From a virus: a stretch of DNA of 64,000 bases. A program made the translations under genes and the position numbers. The notes below the pieces were generated by a model. It ran no database searches. It was given only the letters and a program-made list of their open reading frames with translations, and was not told where the DNA came from. Positions 45,497 through 54,901 of the stretch are shown here, in pieces (the first letter of the stretch is position 1; every line of letters begins with the position of its first letter). The stretch covers positions 25,243 to 89,242 of IMG/VR virus record IMGVR_UViG_3300022592_000003; one strand, written 5' to 3'.

Positions 45497-46326
45497 TGAC
45501 TTATCCAGTAGATGATGCAGGAAATCCACAAGTTGACTTTGTATGGGGCCATATGCCTCTTCAGCCAAACGATCAGCGTGGTGCTTATGACAACGAAGGT
45601 AACCTTTCAACCAATAAGCCACAGAACAAGTACTGGACTGTTTCTAAGCCAGTAGGAAGTGCAAACCTTTCTACCGGTTGGACTGAAATTCCTTTTAATA
45701 CCGGTGATGGTGGAAACACTCGTTATCAGACAATTACATGGGATAGCCATGAAATCGCTACCGGCACATGGGAAAACTACCCAGGCTTTGCTACAGGTGG
45801 TGTTAATGACGACCTTATCCCTAACGCAACAGTACCTAACGTTGTTGGCCTAGGACTTTCATTTGCCTCTTCTGCACTTAATGCAGTAGGTCTTGGCCTT
45901 GGTAATGTTACTAACCACGTTGAGAGTGATAACCCTGCTCTTGATGGGGTTGTTTACTCACAATCAGTTCCTGCGGGAACTATCGTAAACCAAGGAGATA
46001 CTGTAGACCTAGTTCAAAACCAGTATGTAGTTCCAGTTAACCACATTGCCGGGTTCAGCACTACAAACCTTCCATCCGGATGGACACTTGGCGATAACGA
46101 AATTGTTATGTACATCACCGGTCGTACAATCGTACCGAGTGGTTCAGCAATTACTGTAACTGGAAATACAAATGCAACGTTGAACCAAAACTTCAATGTT
46201 ATTCAAGTTGCAAATGATGACCACTACAACACTGGTGGAACCGCTGTAAAACTACACGGTGCAGATGTACCATTCATTAACCCAAATACCAACACTGTTA
46301 CAGACGCTGTTTGGGTAAACCTTTAA
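45496..46326 (+). CDS. Paralog B with PASTA domain
   Basis: VPNVVGL...GVVYSQSVPAGTIV..GDTVDL. Confidence 0.8.
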   Translation: MTYPVDDAGNPQVDFVWGHMPLQPNDQRGAYDNEGNLSTNKPQNKYWTVSKPVGSANLSTGWTEIPFNTGDGGNTRYQTITWDSHEIATGTWENYPGFATGGVNDDLIPNATVPNVVGLGLSFASSALNAVGLGLGNVTNHVESDNPALDGVVYSQSVPAGTIVNQGDTVDLVQNQYVVPVNHIAGFSTTNLPSGWTLGDNEIVMYITGRTIVPSGSAITVTGNTNATLNQNFNVIQVANDDHYNTGGTAVKLHGADVPFINPNTNTVTDAVWVNL

Positions 46327-46375
46327 TATTCCCTTAGACGTAAGGGTCTTAACCAATCTATAGATAGGAAATACA

Positions 46376-46912
46376 ATGTCAAACCCAGTAGATGACGCAG
46401 GTAACGTTGTTATTGACTTCGTTTGGGGTAATCTACCATTACAACCAGATGATGTTCGAGTAACTTCTCCAAGCCAAACTGTAACAGTTGGCGGAGCACA
46501 AAACCATAGCTGGACCAATTATGGTACTAAAGCTAGCGCTAAGATAAATCCTGCACAAGATACACACGTTATCGCAGAAGAGGCTTGGGCAAACTTCCCA
46601 GCATTTGCTGCTAACGAAGGTGTTCCAGCTTCTTCAACAACAATCACTATCCCAGATGTAACTGGATATGGACTTATTAGTGCTGTTGAGGCTCTTGTTC
46701 TTGCAGGTGCTAACGTAGGAACTGTTTCTTACCGCACAACAGGAGCAACCTATGCTAACACAGGTACGGTTTATTCAGTCTCCACATCAGGATCTAATAC
46801 TGAAGGAACAACCGTTAACCTAGTAGTCTACAAGTACCAAGATGCTTCACATCCAGGAATTAACCATAGCTCAGCTATTGGTCCTTGGACTGAAGGAACA
46901 GTCGCTGGTTAA
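46376..46912 (+). CDS. Paralog C with PASTA-like domain
   Basis: IPDVTGY...GTVYSVS...GTTVNLVVY. Confidence 0.75.
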   Translation: MSNPVDDAGNVVIDFVWGNLPLQPDDVRVTSPSQTVTVGGAQNHSWTNYGTKASAKINPAQDTHVIAEEAWANFPAFAANEGVPASSTTITIPDVTGYGLISAVEALVLAGANVGTVSYRTTGATYANTGTVYSVSTSGSNTEGTTVNLVVYKYQDASHPGINHSSAIGPWTEGTVAG

Positions 46913-46928
46913 TAAGACTTATGTAAAT

Positions 46929-46957
46929 AGCCGGGAGTTAACGCTCCCGGCTTTTTG
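46929..46957 (+). terminator. Intrinsic terminator
   Basis: AGCCGGGAG/CTCCCGGCT stem plus T run. Confidence 0.8.
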
Positions 46958-46978
46958 CTTTAGTGGGATACTTATCCC

Positions 46979-47242
46979 ATGACGTTCTTAAAGAAACACC
47001 AACACCGCCAACCTGCTAAGGACGTGGCCACTGTTGGACGTCTTGGCGGAGGATACCCAGTCCCAGCCTCAGATTGGTATCAAGACCTTTATGGTGTAGG
47101 ATTTACCGGTATAGGAAACTACTCCGGTTCAGATATGGACTCAACATCAAGTCAGGGGACAGATAGCGATGACACAGGTAGCGGAGCCGGAGCAACTGGA
47201 GACGCCTCTGGCGGAGCAGCTGCAGGGTCGAATTCAGTGTGA
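46979..47242 (+). CDS. Gly/Ser-rich hypothetical protein
   Basis: ORF overlaps the next by 74 nt. Confidence 0.45.
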   Translation: MTFLKKHQHRQPAKDVATVGRLGGGYPVPASDWYQDLYGVGFTGIGNYSGSDMDSTSSQGTDSDDTGSGAGATGDASGGAAAGSNSV

Positions 47243-47384
47243 TTCTTGCTCAGCTAGAGCAATGGTCGTCTGTATCCTGCCTTATGGTGAATTAACCTTC
47301 TGTATGCACCACTATAATCAACATGCCCAAGCACTTACAGACCAGGGCGGAATTGCTAAACTTTTGTCTGTAACTGAGGATTAG
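47169..47384 (+). CDS. Small Cys/His protein
   Basis: CDSCSARA...GELTFCMHH. Confidence 0.65.
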   Translation: MTQVAEPEQLETPLAEQLQGRIQCDSCSARAMVVCILPYGELTFCMHHYNQHAQALTDQGGIAKLLSVTED

Positions 47385-47396
47385 ATCGGAAACTAT

Positions 47397-48086
47397 ATGC
47401 TATTTGGCAAAGGCGGACAAAACATTGTCCAAGCAGGAACAGGTAACGGCGGTGCAGTTCAGGCACTTGGCGGAATTGCTAACCAGTTCCTAAGCAACAA
47501 GACACGACATGAGCAACGTAAAGATCTAATTACTCATCAGACCAATGAGAAGATTCGTGGCAACATGATTGAAGCTGCGGCATCACCCCTCATTATGGGT
47601 CACTACTTTGATTACGCAAACCAGACTCATGGCGCAGATCACCCAAATGTTGTCAACGGTCTTATTAACCCAGAGACAAAAAACCCCTACCAAGCATCTG
47701 ACCCTCTTCGTCCAGCATTTGCACACTTTGTAAATAACTTTGGTATTCAAAGCGGTAAGTATGGCATTATGCCAGGCGCACCATCTAAGGGCGCTGAACA
47801 AGAAAAGGCACGTCAAGCACGCCTTGAAAAGTTCCCACAGTCCTCTGTAGGCTCTCGTACAAAGCACATGGCTGAAGGTGCGGGAGAAGGAAGAGACGCA
47901 AACTTTAAGGATACACAAGCTGCTCATAAGGCCGGATATATTACTGCTGAGCAAGCTTCAGATTTAAACCCTAAATTTAAGCAACAATATAGTGACTATA
48001 AGGCAAAGAATCCTGGATACAAGGGTTCTTCAGAAGCAAAGATTAATTCAGTAAATTCTACAGTAAACAGCATGGAGACAAAGTAA
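47397..48086 (+). CDS. Hypothetical protein
   Basis: Long ORF in operon. Confidence 0.7.
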   Translation: MLFGKGGQNIVQAGTGNGGAVQALGGIANQFLSNKTRHEQRKDLITHQTNEKIRGNMIEAAASPLIMGHYFDYANQTHGADHPNVVNGLINPETKNPYQASDPLRPAFAHFVNNFGIQSGKYGIMPGAPSKGAEQEKARQARLEKFPQSSVGSRTKHMAEGAGEGRDANFKDTQAAHKAGYITAEQASDLNPKFKQQYSDYKAKNPGYKGSSEAKINSVNSTVNSMETK

Positions 48087-50036
48087 ATGAGTCGTCAATT
48101 TGCAAAGGTTCTAGGAACAGGTTCAAAGCCAGATGTTTACAAGGGTGCCCCAGGTAATCCTGACATCGTTGTGCACAATGAAGTTGTCCCAAGGGAAAAA
48201 GAAGACCTTACAAATAAGTCTCTTGTTGCTAATGCCCCTAAGCAGGCCGAGTCTGAGCAAGAGCGTAGTGCTGCTCGAGGCGTTCAGTTTAACCGTAGGC
48301 AGTATGGCAAGAACTCACGTAAGCGTGAATTAAAAAATCTTAGTACTACAACTATGCGTCTTAATGAAAAAACTGGCGAAGCTTACGATACTGAAGAGGT
48401 TAAGCCAGCCCCATCCGGACGTGTCATGCCAACCCGTAAGGCAAACCCTAAGTACGTATTAAACCCTGACAATAAAAACAATGCCGAGGCTTTGCGTGCT
48501 AACGAAGATCTTGCAGCCCGCACATCTACGCCTGCAAATACCGATGAAATTTCTGATATGTCAACTGGCGAAGCAGAATTTAATAAAAAGCAAGCAGAGC
48601 TTGACAAGTCTTTGGGAGGAAATAAGGCACGACGTCGTGCAGCAGAACTTGGTTTAGGTGGAAATCTTCGTTCTCTAAACGGAGTTACCTATGACATTAA
48701 CGAAAAAAATGCTGAAGTTTTTAAGCCTACAAAAAACAATAAGTATACTGCTACCGGTACATTTTCTGATTGGAATAGGCGTGAAGAAAACTGGAAAAAT
48801 GATGTAAACGCTGAAAGAAATATCCCTGAGCGTCCAAAGGCTGCAGAAGCTGTAGAGACCTCTAGCGCCCCAGTAAATGTTAAAGATTCAGGGTATCGCC
48901 CAAGCAAGTCTGCTGGAGATATTGCAGCTGAAAAGGCTGATCAAGATCTAGTAACTGCAGGACGTCTTGCAGAAAAGGGAAAGCTAGATAGCGGTTCTCG
49001 AAACAAGAGAACTCCTACCCCTAAGCCACGAACAGGTACTGTAATCCCACAAGTTGCTATTGATACCTTTGGTAGCCAAAAAGTAGATCGTGAGCAAGCA
49101 GAACTAGAAAACAAAAATCTTCGTGAGAACCGTACTGAAGCAACACAGACTACTGTTGTTGACCAAAACAAGACGCCTTCTCGCCCAGCTCGTGGAAAAA
49201 CTCTTGAGCGTCAAGCAGTTCTTGGGGGAATCCGTGAAGAGCGTGCTGCAGATCTTGCTGCTCAAGGAAAGACTATGACAACTGTTGCACCAGAGGTCAT
49301 GGATACCGCAAAGCGTCTTGGTCGCACATCTCACTATAATCTTACTGAAGATTACATGAATAGCACTGGGTTCTTAGCCCATGAAGCTGTTCAGAAGGCC
49401 ACTGTTGCACACGCCCTTGGTGTACATCACCTACTCGGTGTAGAAGGAAAAGATACGCTACATCAGTACCTTGGTGGACGTCCACTTGAAGCTAAATCAC
49501 GTTTAGCTGCAGCATATAAGATCGTAGATCGCAATCGTCGTGGAAATCCTGAAAAGGTCCCAGGAGAGTTTGCACTTCTTCATGGTATGGTACATGCTGG
49601 TTCTGGTCCAACTCAGACTCTTCGTGCTGTTCGTTCAGGTGGAAAGACCGATGTAGTAGTAAACGGTCAAACACCTGTACTTGCAGAAGGTTCTAGCGAG
49701 AATCGCACAGTTACACATGATAAGGCTAGCAAAATTACCGCAGAAGTTACAAAGGCACCTAAGGTGGCTCGTGGATCTGTCGCTGCTAGCCCGGTTGCTC
49801 CTTTGGCAGGAACTAACCGTGTTGCAGTCCGCACCATTGGTCAGAAGCCTGAAGAAGCTGAAGTTCGTGAATTCAGCCCACAAGAGCTTCGTAACAAGGA
49901 AAATGTCCCAACAGTAGATGATTCTAAGTCTAAATTAGGCCCTGTAGAAAAAGAAGTAGAGGGTGAAAGCTCTGATATTGTTGAGCGTCTAAAAAAGGGT
50001 CCTAAGCGCATGGAAGATATTGCGGACGTAAAGTAA
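48087..50036 (+). CDS. Large hydrophilic hypothetical protein
   Basis: 649 aa, charged, likely largely disordered. Confidence 0.75.
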   Translation: MSRQFAKVLGTGSKPDVYKGAPGNPDIVVHNEVVPREKEDLTNKSLVANAPKQAESEQERSAARGVQFNRRQYGKNSRKRELKNLSTTTMRLNEKTGEAYDTEEVKPAPSGRVMPTRKANPKYVLNPDNKNNAEALRANEDLAARTSTPANTDEISDMSTGEAEFNKKQAELDKSLGGNKARRRAAELGLGGNLRSLNGVTYDINEKNAEVFKPTKNNKYTATGTFSDWNRREENWKNDVNAERNIPERPKAAEAVETSSAPVNVKDSGYRPSKSAGDIAAEKADQDLVTAGRLAEKGKLDSGSRNKRTPTPKPRTGTVIPQVAIDTFGSQKVDREQAELENKNLRENRTEATQTTVVDQNKTPSRPARGKTLERQAVLGGIREERAADLAAQGKTMTTVAPEVMDTAKRLGRTSHYNLTEDYMNSTGFLAHEAVQKATVAHALGVHHLLGVEGKDTLHQYLGGRPLEAKSRLAAAYKIVDRNRRGNPEKVPGEFALLHGMVHAGSGPTQTLRAVRSGGKTDVVVNGQTPVLAEGSSENRTVTHDKASKITAEVTKAPKVARGSVAASPVAPLAGTNRVAVRTIGQKPEEAEVREFSPQELRNKENVPTVDDSKSKLGPVEKEVEGESSDIVERLKKGPKRMEDIADVK

Positions 50037-50218
50037 TGTCTCGTTCTGAAGTATTTACCGCTCAGCCTCGTGAAACCAAGATCTTCAAAGATCTTCGACA
50101 CAATGCTCGTGAGGCTGCGGAGTACTTAACCGGTCTTAAGCCTACTCAGGCTGATGACTCACACGTTATTACTCGCCAACGCTACGGACGTGGTGCTAGT
50201 GGGGAGTCAAGCAACTAA
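50036..50218 (+). CDS. Hypothetical protein
   Basis: TAATG coupling. Confidence 0.6.
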   Translation: MSRSEVFTAQPRETKIFKDLRHNAREAAEYLTGLKPTQADDSHVITRQRYGRGASGESSN

Positions 50219-50517
50219 TGGCACCTAGAAAATCTACGCCTAGAAAGCCAGCTACCCAGTTACAGAAGCTTGCTTCTGAATCTCCGTTTGTCTGGAACTC
50301 CTACCGTTATGGACATGACTGGGACTGCCCTAAGTGTGGAGAACGTGTTTTCCACTCTAACAACTCTGGTCGTTTAAAGTTGTCTCAGTTTGCGGCACAG
50401 AATAACACTCAAGGCATAAGTAACAAAGCTCAGCTACACTTAGCTCGTGGTTGCCAGACAACCGAAAACAAATTACCACATCGTAAAGACTTGGATGGCC
50501 CAGAAGATGACAACTAA
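50218..50517 (+). CDS. Hypothetical protein (CPKC...H-x4-C)
   Basis: TAATG coupling. Confidence 0.6.
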   Translation: MAPRKSTPRKPATQLQKLASESPFVWNSYRYGHDWDCPKCGERVFHSNNSGRLKLSQFAAQNNTQGISNKAQLHLARGCQTTENKLPHRKDLDGPEDDN

Positions 50518-50815
50518 GAAAAAGGTAGTCGCTGGCGGCAAAGAGTACAAAGGCTCAGCTGCTAATGGCGGACGTAAGATTGTTGTAGAGCACTATAAGG
50601 GCAAAGATCCAAAGACTGGCAAGATGGTCTGGAAGACGACGTCTACTAATGCTGCCCGTGCTAAGTATGAGAAGACTCACGGCAAGCTATCTAAGGGTAC
50701 AGACGTGGATCATAAAGACAATAACCACGATAACGACTCTTCAAGCAACCTGCGCCCGCTCTCCCACGGCAAGAATACTGCCAAGGAGAACAAGCACAGG
50801 GCTCGTAAAAAATAA
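50507..50815 (+). CDS. HNH-motif protein
   Basis: DVDHKDNNHDNDSSSNLRPL...N. Confidence 0.75.
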   Translation: MTTKKKVVAGGKEYKGSAANGGRKIVVEHYKGKDPKTGKMVWKTTSTNAARAKYEKTHGKLSKGTDVDHKDNNHDNDSSSNLRPLSHGKNTAKENKHRARKK

Positions 50816-50927
50816 TGGACGAAGACTGCTCACCTAATAAGGTCTGCAGGAACTTGCAGGGCATCACTATCGAAATCTCTGCAAGTTCCTGGAAAGACCT
50901 GTTAAAGCAAGAGGGTAAGTGGCAGGA

Positions 50928-51443
50928 CTAAACCATCTGAGGGCGTATCTTCAACCATTGCTGAACTAGCTTGTGATCACGCTCACCTGGATCAGCGTGC
51001 CAAGGGGACCAGTTAGTACCCCCAGAACTCATCTTGTAGGCGATCTGAGCGTTTTTTACCGGATTAGTAAGGTCTTGTGCCGACTTGAGTCCAAAGTCCT
51101 TTATACGGGCCTTTAAAGCCCCGTAAAGGTTAATCTGGAAGACCCCATAAGAGTCGTCTTGAGTCCTACGGCTGAAATTGTGTGCGATTGGGTTTCCATG
51201 AGTTTCTTTCATTGCCACAGCCCAAGCTACGTTGAGGGAGTGTCCTTTAAAGCCTACGCCTTGAAGAACTAAGTAAAGCTGTTGTGGGGTCAGCTTCTTT
51301 GCGTTCATATACTCAGCGATAGGGGTAAGGCAACCCTTTACAGGAGCCAAAGCCGCTTTTGCTGAATTTGTTAGAAGGTTACTAAAAATAAGAACCACTA
51401 CTACAAATAGCGTTATATGATTTTTCTTAACATTAAACTTCAC
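50928..51443 (-). CDS. Exported lytic transglycosylase (SLT/lysozyme-like)
   Basis: Signal peptide; AVAMKETHG, SYGVFQIN, NPVKNAQIA, WSPW. Confidence 0.88.
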   Translation of the reverse strand: MKFNVKKNHITLFVVVVLIFSNLLTNSAKAALAPVKGCLTPIAEYMNAKKLTPQQLYLVLQGVGFKGHSLNVAWAVAMKETHGNPIAHNFSRRTQDDSYGVFQINLYGALKARIKDFGLKSAQDLTNPVKNAQIAYKMSSGGTNWSPWHADPGERDHKLVQQWLKIRPQMV

Positions 51444-51593
51444 ACTATCTCCTAGGCTAGAGAGCCAACCCGAATCTTTTACCTACTGTCACTAGATAAA
51501 AAATAGCCCAGCGTCTGTCTGCCAGGCTAGTTGCAACTCTTTTGTTTCGTTGTTAGTGTTAGGGAGGTTTATTTCCCTATTACTATCCTAGCA
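51444..51593 (-). promoter_or_regulatory. Promoter plus long leader with internal terminator
   Basis: TGCTAGGAT extended -10; TAGCCTGGC/GCTGGGCTA stem + T6 upstream of the RBS. Confidence 0.55.
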
Positions 51594-51671
51594 GTAAATA
51601 CAGGGTTGGTGCAACCGTCAAACCGAAATATGGTGTAAGATATCTCACAAGATACTTAAAAAGGGGCAAAA

Positions 51672-51953
51672 ATGAGAATAGTACAAAGAATTGTTACAAA
51701 ACAAGGCCATCCAGTGCCTAGCAGTTCTCATGCACCTAGAGGACCATTTCCACCAGAATTATTTGTAGATCCAGAAATCATTACGGACTACACACCTTTT
51801 GATGATGAGCATCCTAGAGGTGCAACTGCACAGAACGACTTTAAGTCACCTAAGCTCTTTAGGTGTAAAGACTGTGCTGTGATAGTATTAGAGCATGAAG
51901 TACCAGACCACTGGTGTACGGAGGCGGCAGAAGAAGATGGCGAAGACGCATGA
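51672..51953 (+). CDS. Hypothetical protein (CxxC...HxC)
   Basis: AAGGGG RBS. Confidence 0.7.
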   Translation: MRIVQRIVTKQGHPVPSSSHAPRGPFPPELFVDPEIITDYTPFDDEHPRGATAQNDFKSPKLFRCKDCAVIVLEHEVPDHWCTEAAEEDGEDA

Positions 51954-52230
51954 TGTTGGGAAGTTTTACTGGCATTTAATGACATACCCAGTAAAACCTC
52001 CAGTAGTTTTAGAACGAGCAGAGACTCAAGAGATTGACGGCAAATATCGTTTCGGTAAGGGTTGGTGCTTTAGGCTCCCACTTACACGCCGATCTATCGT
52101 CATTGGGAAATGGGTAAAGGCCTACTCTGAGAGTGAAGCGCTTACCGTAGCGATTAACGGTCGTGGCATGAAGCAAACAGAAGTTGATTGGGATCTAATT
52201 AGATTTGGCGGGGAATATGAAGATCTTTAA
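51937..52230 (+). CDS. Hypothetical protein
   Basis: MAKTHDVG...; upstream of terminase. Confidence 0.65.
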   Translation: MAKTHDVGKFYWHLMTYPVKPPVVLERAETQEIDGKYRFGKGWCFRLPLTRRSIVIGKWVKAYSESEALTVAINGRGMKQTEVDWDLIRFGGEYEDL

Positions 52231-52456
52231 GCGTAAGAGTAAAACAACAAAAGAGCTTACTAAGATTCAGCGCAGAGTTGGATCACTTCCTACCCAAGAG
52301 TTACTTACCTGGACTGACCAGATTATGTACTCAGTGGGTCGTAACCTTTCTGCTTGGCAGAAGACGCAGTACAAAGATAATTTAGCAGAGGCACGCTTAG
52401 GCGCAGAGTCACTAAGCGCTATCCTAGAAACACTTAGCGAAAGACATGGTCTGTGA
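52217..52456 (+). CDS. Hypothetical protein
   Basis: Coupled to terminase (GTGA). Confidence 0.65.
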   Translation: MKIFKRKSKTTKELTKIQRRVGSLPTQELLTWTDQIMYSVGRNLSAWQKTQYKDNLAEARLGAESLSAILETLSERHGL

Positions 52457-54030
52457 GCGAAAACGAGTTTGATGAGCTAGAGCCGGAGGATTTTGACGAA
52501 GACGGTAATGTCATCGTTGAAGAGGCAGAAGATGACGGCTTAGACGAGCTTTCTAAAGAGTTTGTTAAAGTATTGGTAAATAAGATCATGGACTTCATGA
52601 AAGTCTTGGTAGGCCACGATCTGCACCCATATCAGACTCCCCTAGCCCGTAGGCTTATTGAGTCAGTGATTATCAATGACGGTGAAGAAATCACCGCACT
52701 TGCTTCTCGTCAGTCAGGTAAGTCAGAAACTATTGCTAACACAGTGGCTACCCTTATGGTTATCCTCCCACGCCTAGCCAAGATGTACCCAGAGCTATTG
52801 GGTAAGTTTGGTGATGGAATTATGGTGGGAATGTTCGCACCGGTCCAGTCACAGGTAGAAACCCTATACGGACGTACAGTATCCCGCCTTACTAGCGAAT
52901 CTGCTATGGAAGTTTTGGGCGACCCTGAAATTGACGATATGGTTGCTAAGACCCCTGGAGTTGTAAGGAACATCAGACTTAAGAACTCAGGCAGTAGCCT
53001 TATGATGATGACAGCTAACCCACGAGCTAAGATTGAATCTAAGTCCTTCCACCTTATCATCATTGATGAGTGTCAAGAAGCGGACGACTTTGTAGTGGCC
53101 AAGTCAATTGCACCGATGGGTGCGTACTATAACGCCACCATGGTTAAGACCGGAACCCCTACCACACACAAGAACAACTTCTACAAGGCTATTCAGTTCA
53201 ACCGTCGTAGGCAGACCGGTAGGAATGCTCGACAGAACCACTACCAGTGGGACTGGAAAGATGTGGCTAAGGTAAACCCTAACTACGAAAAGTTTATTAA
53301 GAAGGAGATGCTTCGCATTGGTGAAGACTCCGATGAGTTCCAGCTCTCCTACAACTGTAAGTGGTTGCTAGAGCGAGGTATGTTCGTAACCTCTAGCATC
53401 ATGGAAGATCTCGGGGATACCTCTCAGGAGCTAGTAAAGTCTTGGCACCGTTCACCAGTCGTAGTTGGTATTGACCCAGCACGTAAGATGGACTCAACTG
53501 TTGTGACAGTAGTCTGGGTTGACTGGGATCGCCCCGATGAATACGGCTACTATGATCATAGAGTGTTAAACTGGCTTGAGCTTCAGGGTGATGACTGGGA
53601 AGAGCAGTACTTCCAGATCCAGCAGTTCCTATCAGCTTACGATGTGCTTGCTATCGGAATTGACGCCAACGGTGTTGGTGATGCAGTGGCCGGACGTTTA
53701 AAGGTCTTGATGCCTCGTGCAGAGGTAATTCCGGTAACTTCTAGCCCAACTGAGCAGTCTAAGCGTTGGAAGCACCTACAGGCCCTAATCCAGCGTCAGA
53801 TGGTCTCATGGCCAGCTCATGCTAAGACTCGTCGCCTTCGTATCTGGAAGAAGTTCTACCAGCAGATGACAGATGCTGAAGTTCAGTACAAGGGCCCAAA
53901 CTTTATGGTTGCAGCCCCAGACGAGGCCCACGCCCACGACGACTTCGTGGATTCACTAGCTTTGGCATGTTCCCTCACACAAGAACTTGTAATGCCAACA
54001 ATTGAGGTATCGGCAAGTCCTTTCTTTTAA
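52453..54030 (+). CDS. Terminase large subunit
   Basis: SRQSGKS, IIIDECQ, TGTP, GIDPA, IDANGVG, HDDFVDS. Confidence 0.95.
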   Translation: MSENEFDELEPEDFDEDGNVIVEEAEDDGLDELSKEFVKVLVNKIMDFMKVLVGHDLHPYQTPLARRLIESVIINDGEEITALASRQSGKSETIANTVATLMVILPRLAKMYPELLGKFGDGIMVGMFAPVQSQVETLYGRTVSRLTSESAMEVLGDPEIDDMVAKTPGVVRNIRLKNSGSSLMMMTANPRAKIESKSFHLIIIDECQEADDFVVAKSIAPMGAYYNATMVKTGTPTTHKNNFYKAIQFNRRRQTGRNARQNHYQWDWKDVAKVNPNYEKFIKKEMLRIGEDSDEFQLSYNCKWLLERGMFVTSSIMEDLGDTSQELVKSWHRSPVVVGIDPARKMDSTVVTVVWVDWDRPDEYGYYDHRVLNWLELQGDDWEEQYFQIQQFLSAYDVLAIGIDANGVGDAVAGRLKVLMPRAEVIPVTSSPTEQSKRWKHLQALIQRQMVSWPAHAKTRRLRIWKKFYQQMTDAEVQYKGPNFMVAAPDEAHAHDDFVDSLALACSLTQELVMPTIEVSASPFF

Positions 54031-54117
54031 AAGATACACCTTTAGGCTGACTAATGGTTAAATAAAAGCGAGAATTATGCCCGAGGACCTCAATCCCAAT
54101 CCTATAGGAGAATAAAA

Positions 54118-54525
54118 ATGGCAGTAGAAAACATCGCCCCAACGCCTCAGTTCCCTGAGCGCCCAGGCAACTCTTACGAGCGTAAGATGTCTCCTGCAAC
54201 ACCTGGCCTCCGTGGCCCACTTCGTTTTGAAGAAGGTATTGCAACAGACACAGACGTTCCAAATGACTTCCAACTTGGTTTGGATCAAGGTTATGACACC
54301 CCAGAAGGTCGTCCTAACCACAATGTGAACGTATTTGAAAAGTATGCAGAAGAGACAATGCGTGAGCGTGCTCACGTCGGTTCAGCTGCATGGGTAGAAG
54401 CACCAACATACCTTGGCGAGTTCGCACAGGGTAACTTCGGAGATCACTCAACAGTGGTTATCGAAGAAGTCATTCGCAACGGCTCACGCCAGGAGCGCAT
54501 GAACCCAGCTTCAGTCCTAGACTAA
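54118..54525 (+). CDS. Hypothetical protein in the head module
   Basis: AGGAG RBS; between terminase and portal. Confidence 0.75.
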   Translation: MAVENIAPTPQFPERPGNSYERKMSPATPGLRGPLRFEEGIATDTDVPNDFQLGLDQGYDTPEGRPNHNVNVFEKYAEETMRERAHVGSAAWVEAPTYLGEFAQGNFGDHSTVVIEEVIRNGSRQERMNPASVLD

Positions 54526-54545
54526 AAAATACGATAGACTATACC

Positions 54546-54585
54546 GGTCTCCAGCTCTGTACCCCTTTCTCCGGAGCTGGAGGCC
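54546..54585 (+). promoter_or_regulatory. 14-bp hairpin with anti-Shine-Dalgarno-like loop
   Basis: Loop TACCCCTTTCTC. Confidence 0.6.
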
Positions 54586-54601
54586 TTTATAGGAGGAGAC
54601 C

Positions 54602-54868
54602 ATGGCACAACCTAATAACCCAAAGCTGTATAATATGTTATTAGCGCAAGCTAAGGCAAAGTTTCCTTCGCACAAACCAAATGGTTTAAGTTTTCCAGCA
54701 GCTAAATGGTTTGGACAAGAATATGCAAGAGAAGGCGGTGGATTCGTAGATTCCATTAAGCAAGTAGATCCAAATCTACGTGACTTTAAGCAAGAAGAGA
54801 TTGACAAAGAAAAGCGTAAAGAAGCAGCAGATAAAAAGAAAGCAAAACAATCAGGTTTTGTGGTTTAA
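54602..54868 (+). CDS. Hypothetical protein
   Basis: AGGAGG RBS; NPKLY...AKAKF...AAKW..QEYAREGG. Confidence 0.7.
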   Translation: MAQPNNPKLYNMLLAQAKAKFPSHKPNGLSFPAAKWFGQEYAREGGGFVDSIKQVDPNLRDFKQEEIDKEKRKEAADKKKAKQSGFVV

Positions 54869-54901
54869 GTTGGGGGCAACTATGAAGTCAGGATGTAATC
54901 A

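Noticed and set aside
50846-50891. 15-bp hairpin CAGGAACTTGCAG/CTGCAAGTTCCTG
   Set aside because: Lies between convergent genes; a terminator or processing stem is the simplest explanation.
51444-51580. c-di-AMP (ydaO) riboswitch
   Set aside because: The conserved GCUGAAUC, GGGGAAC and GUCAGCUAAC elements are not evident.
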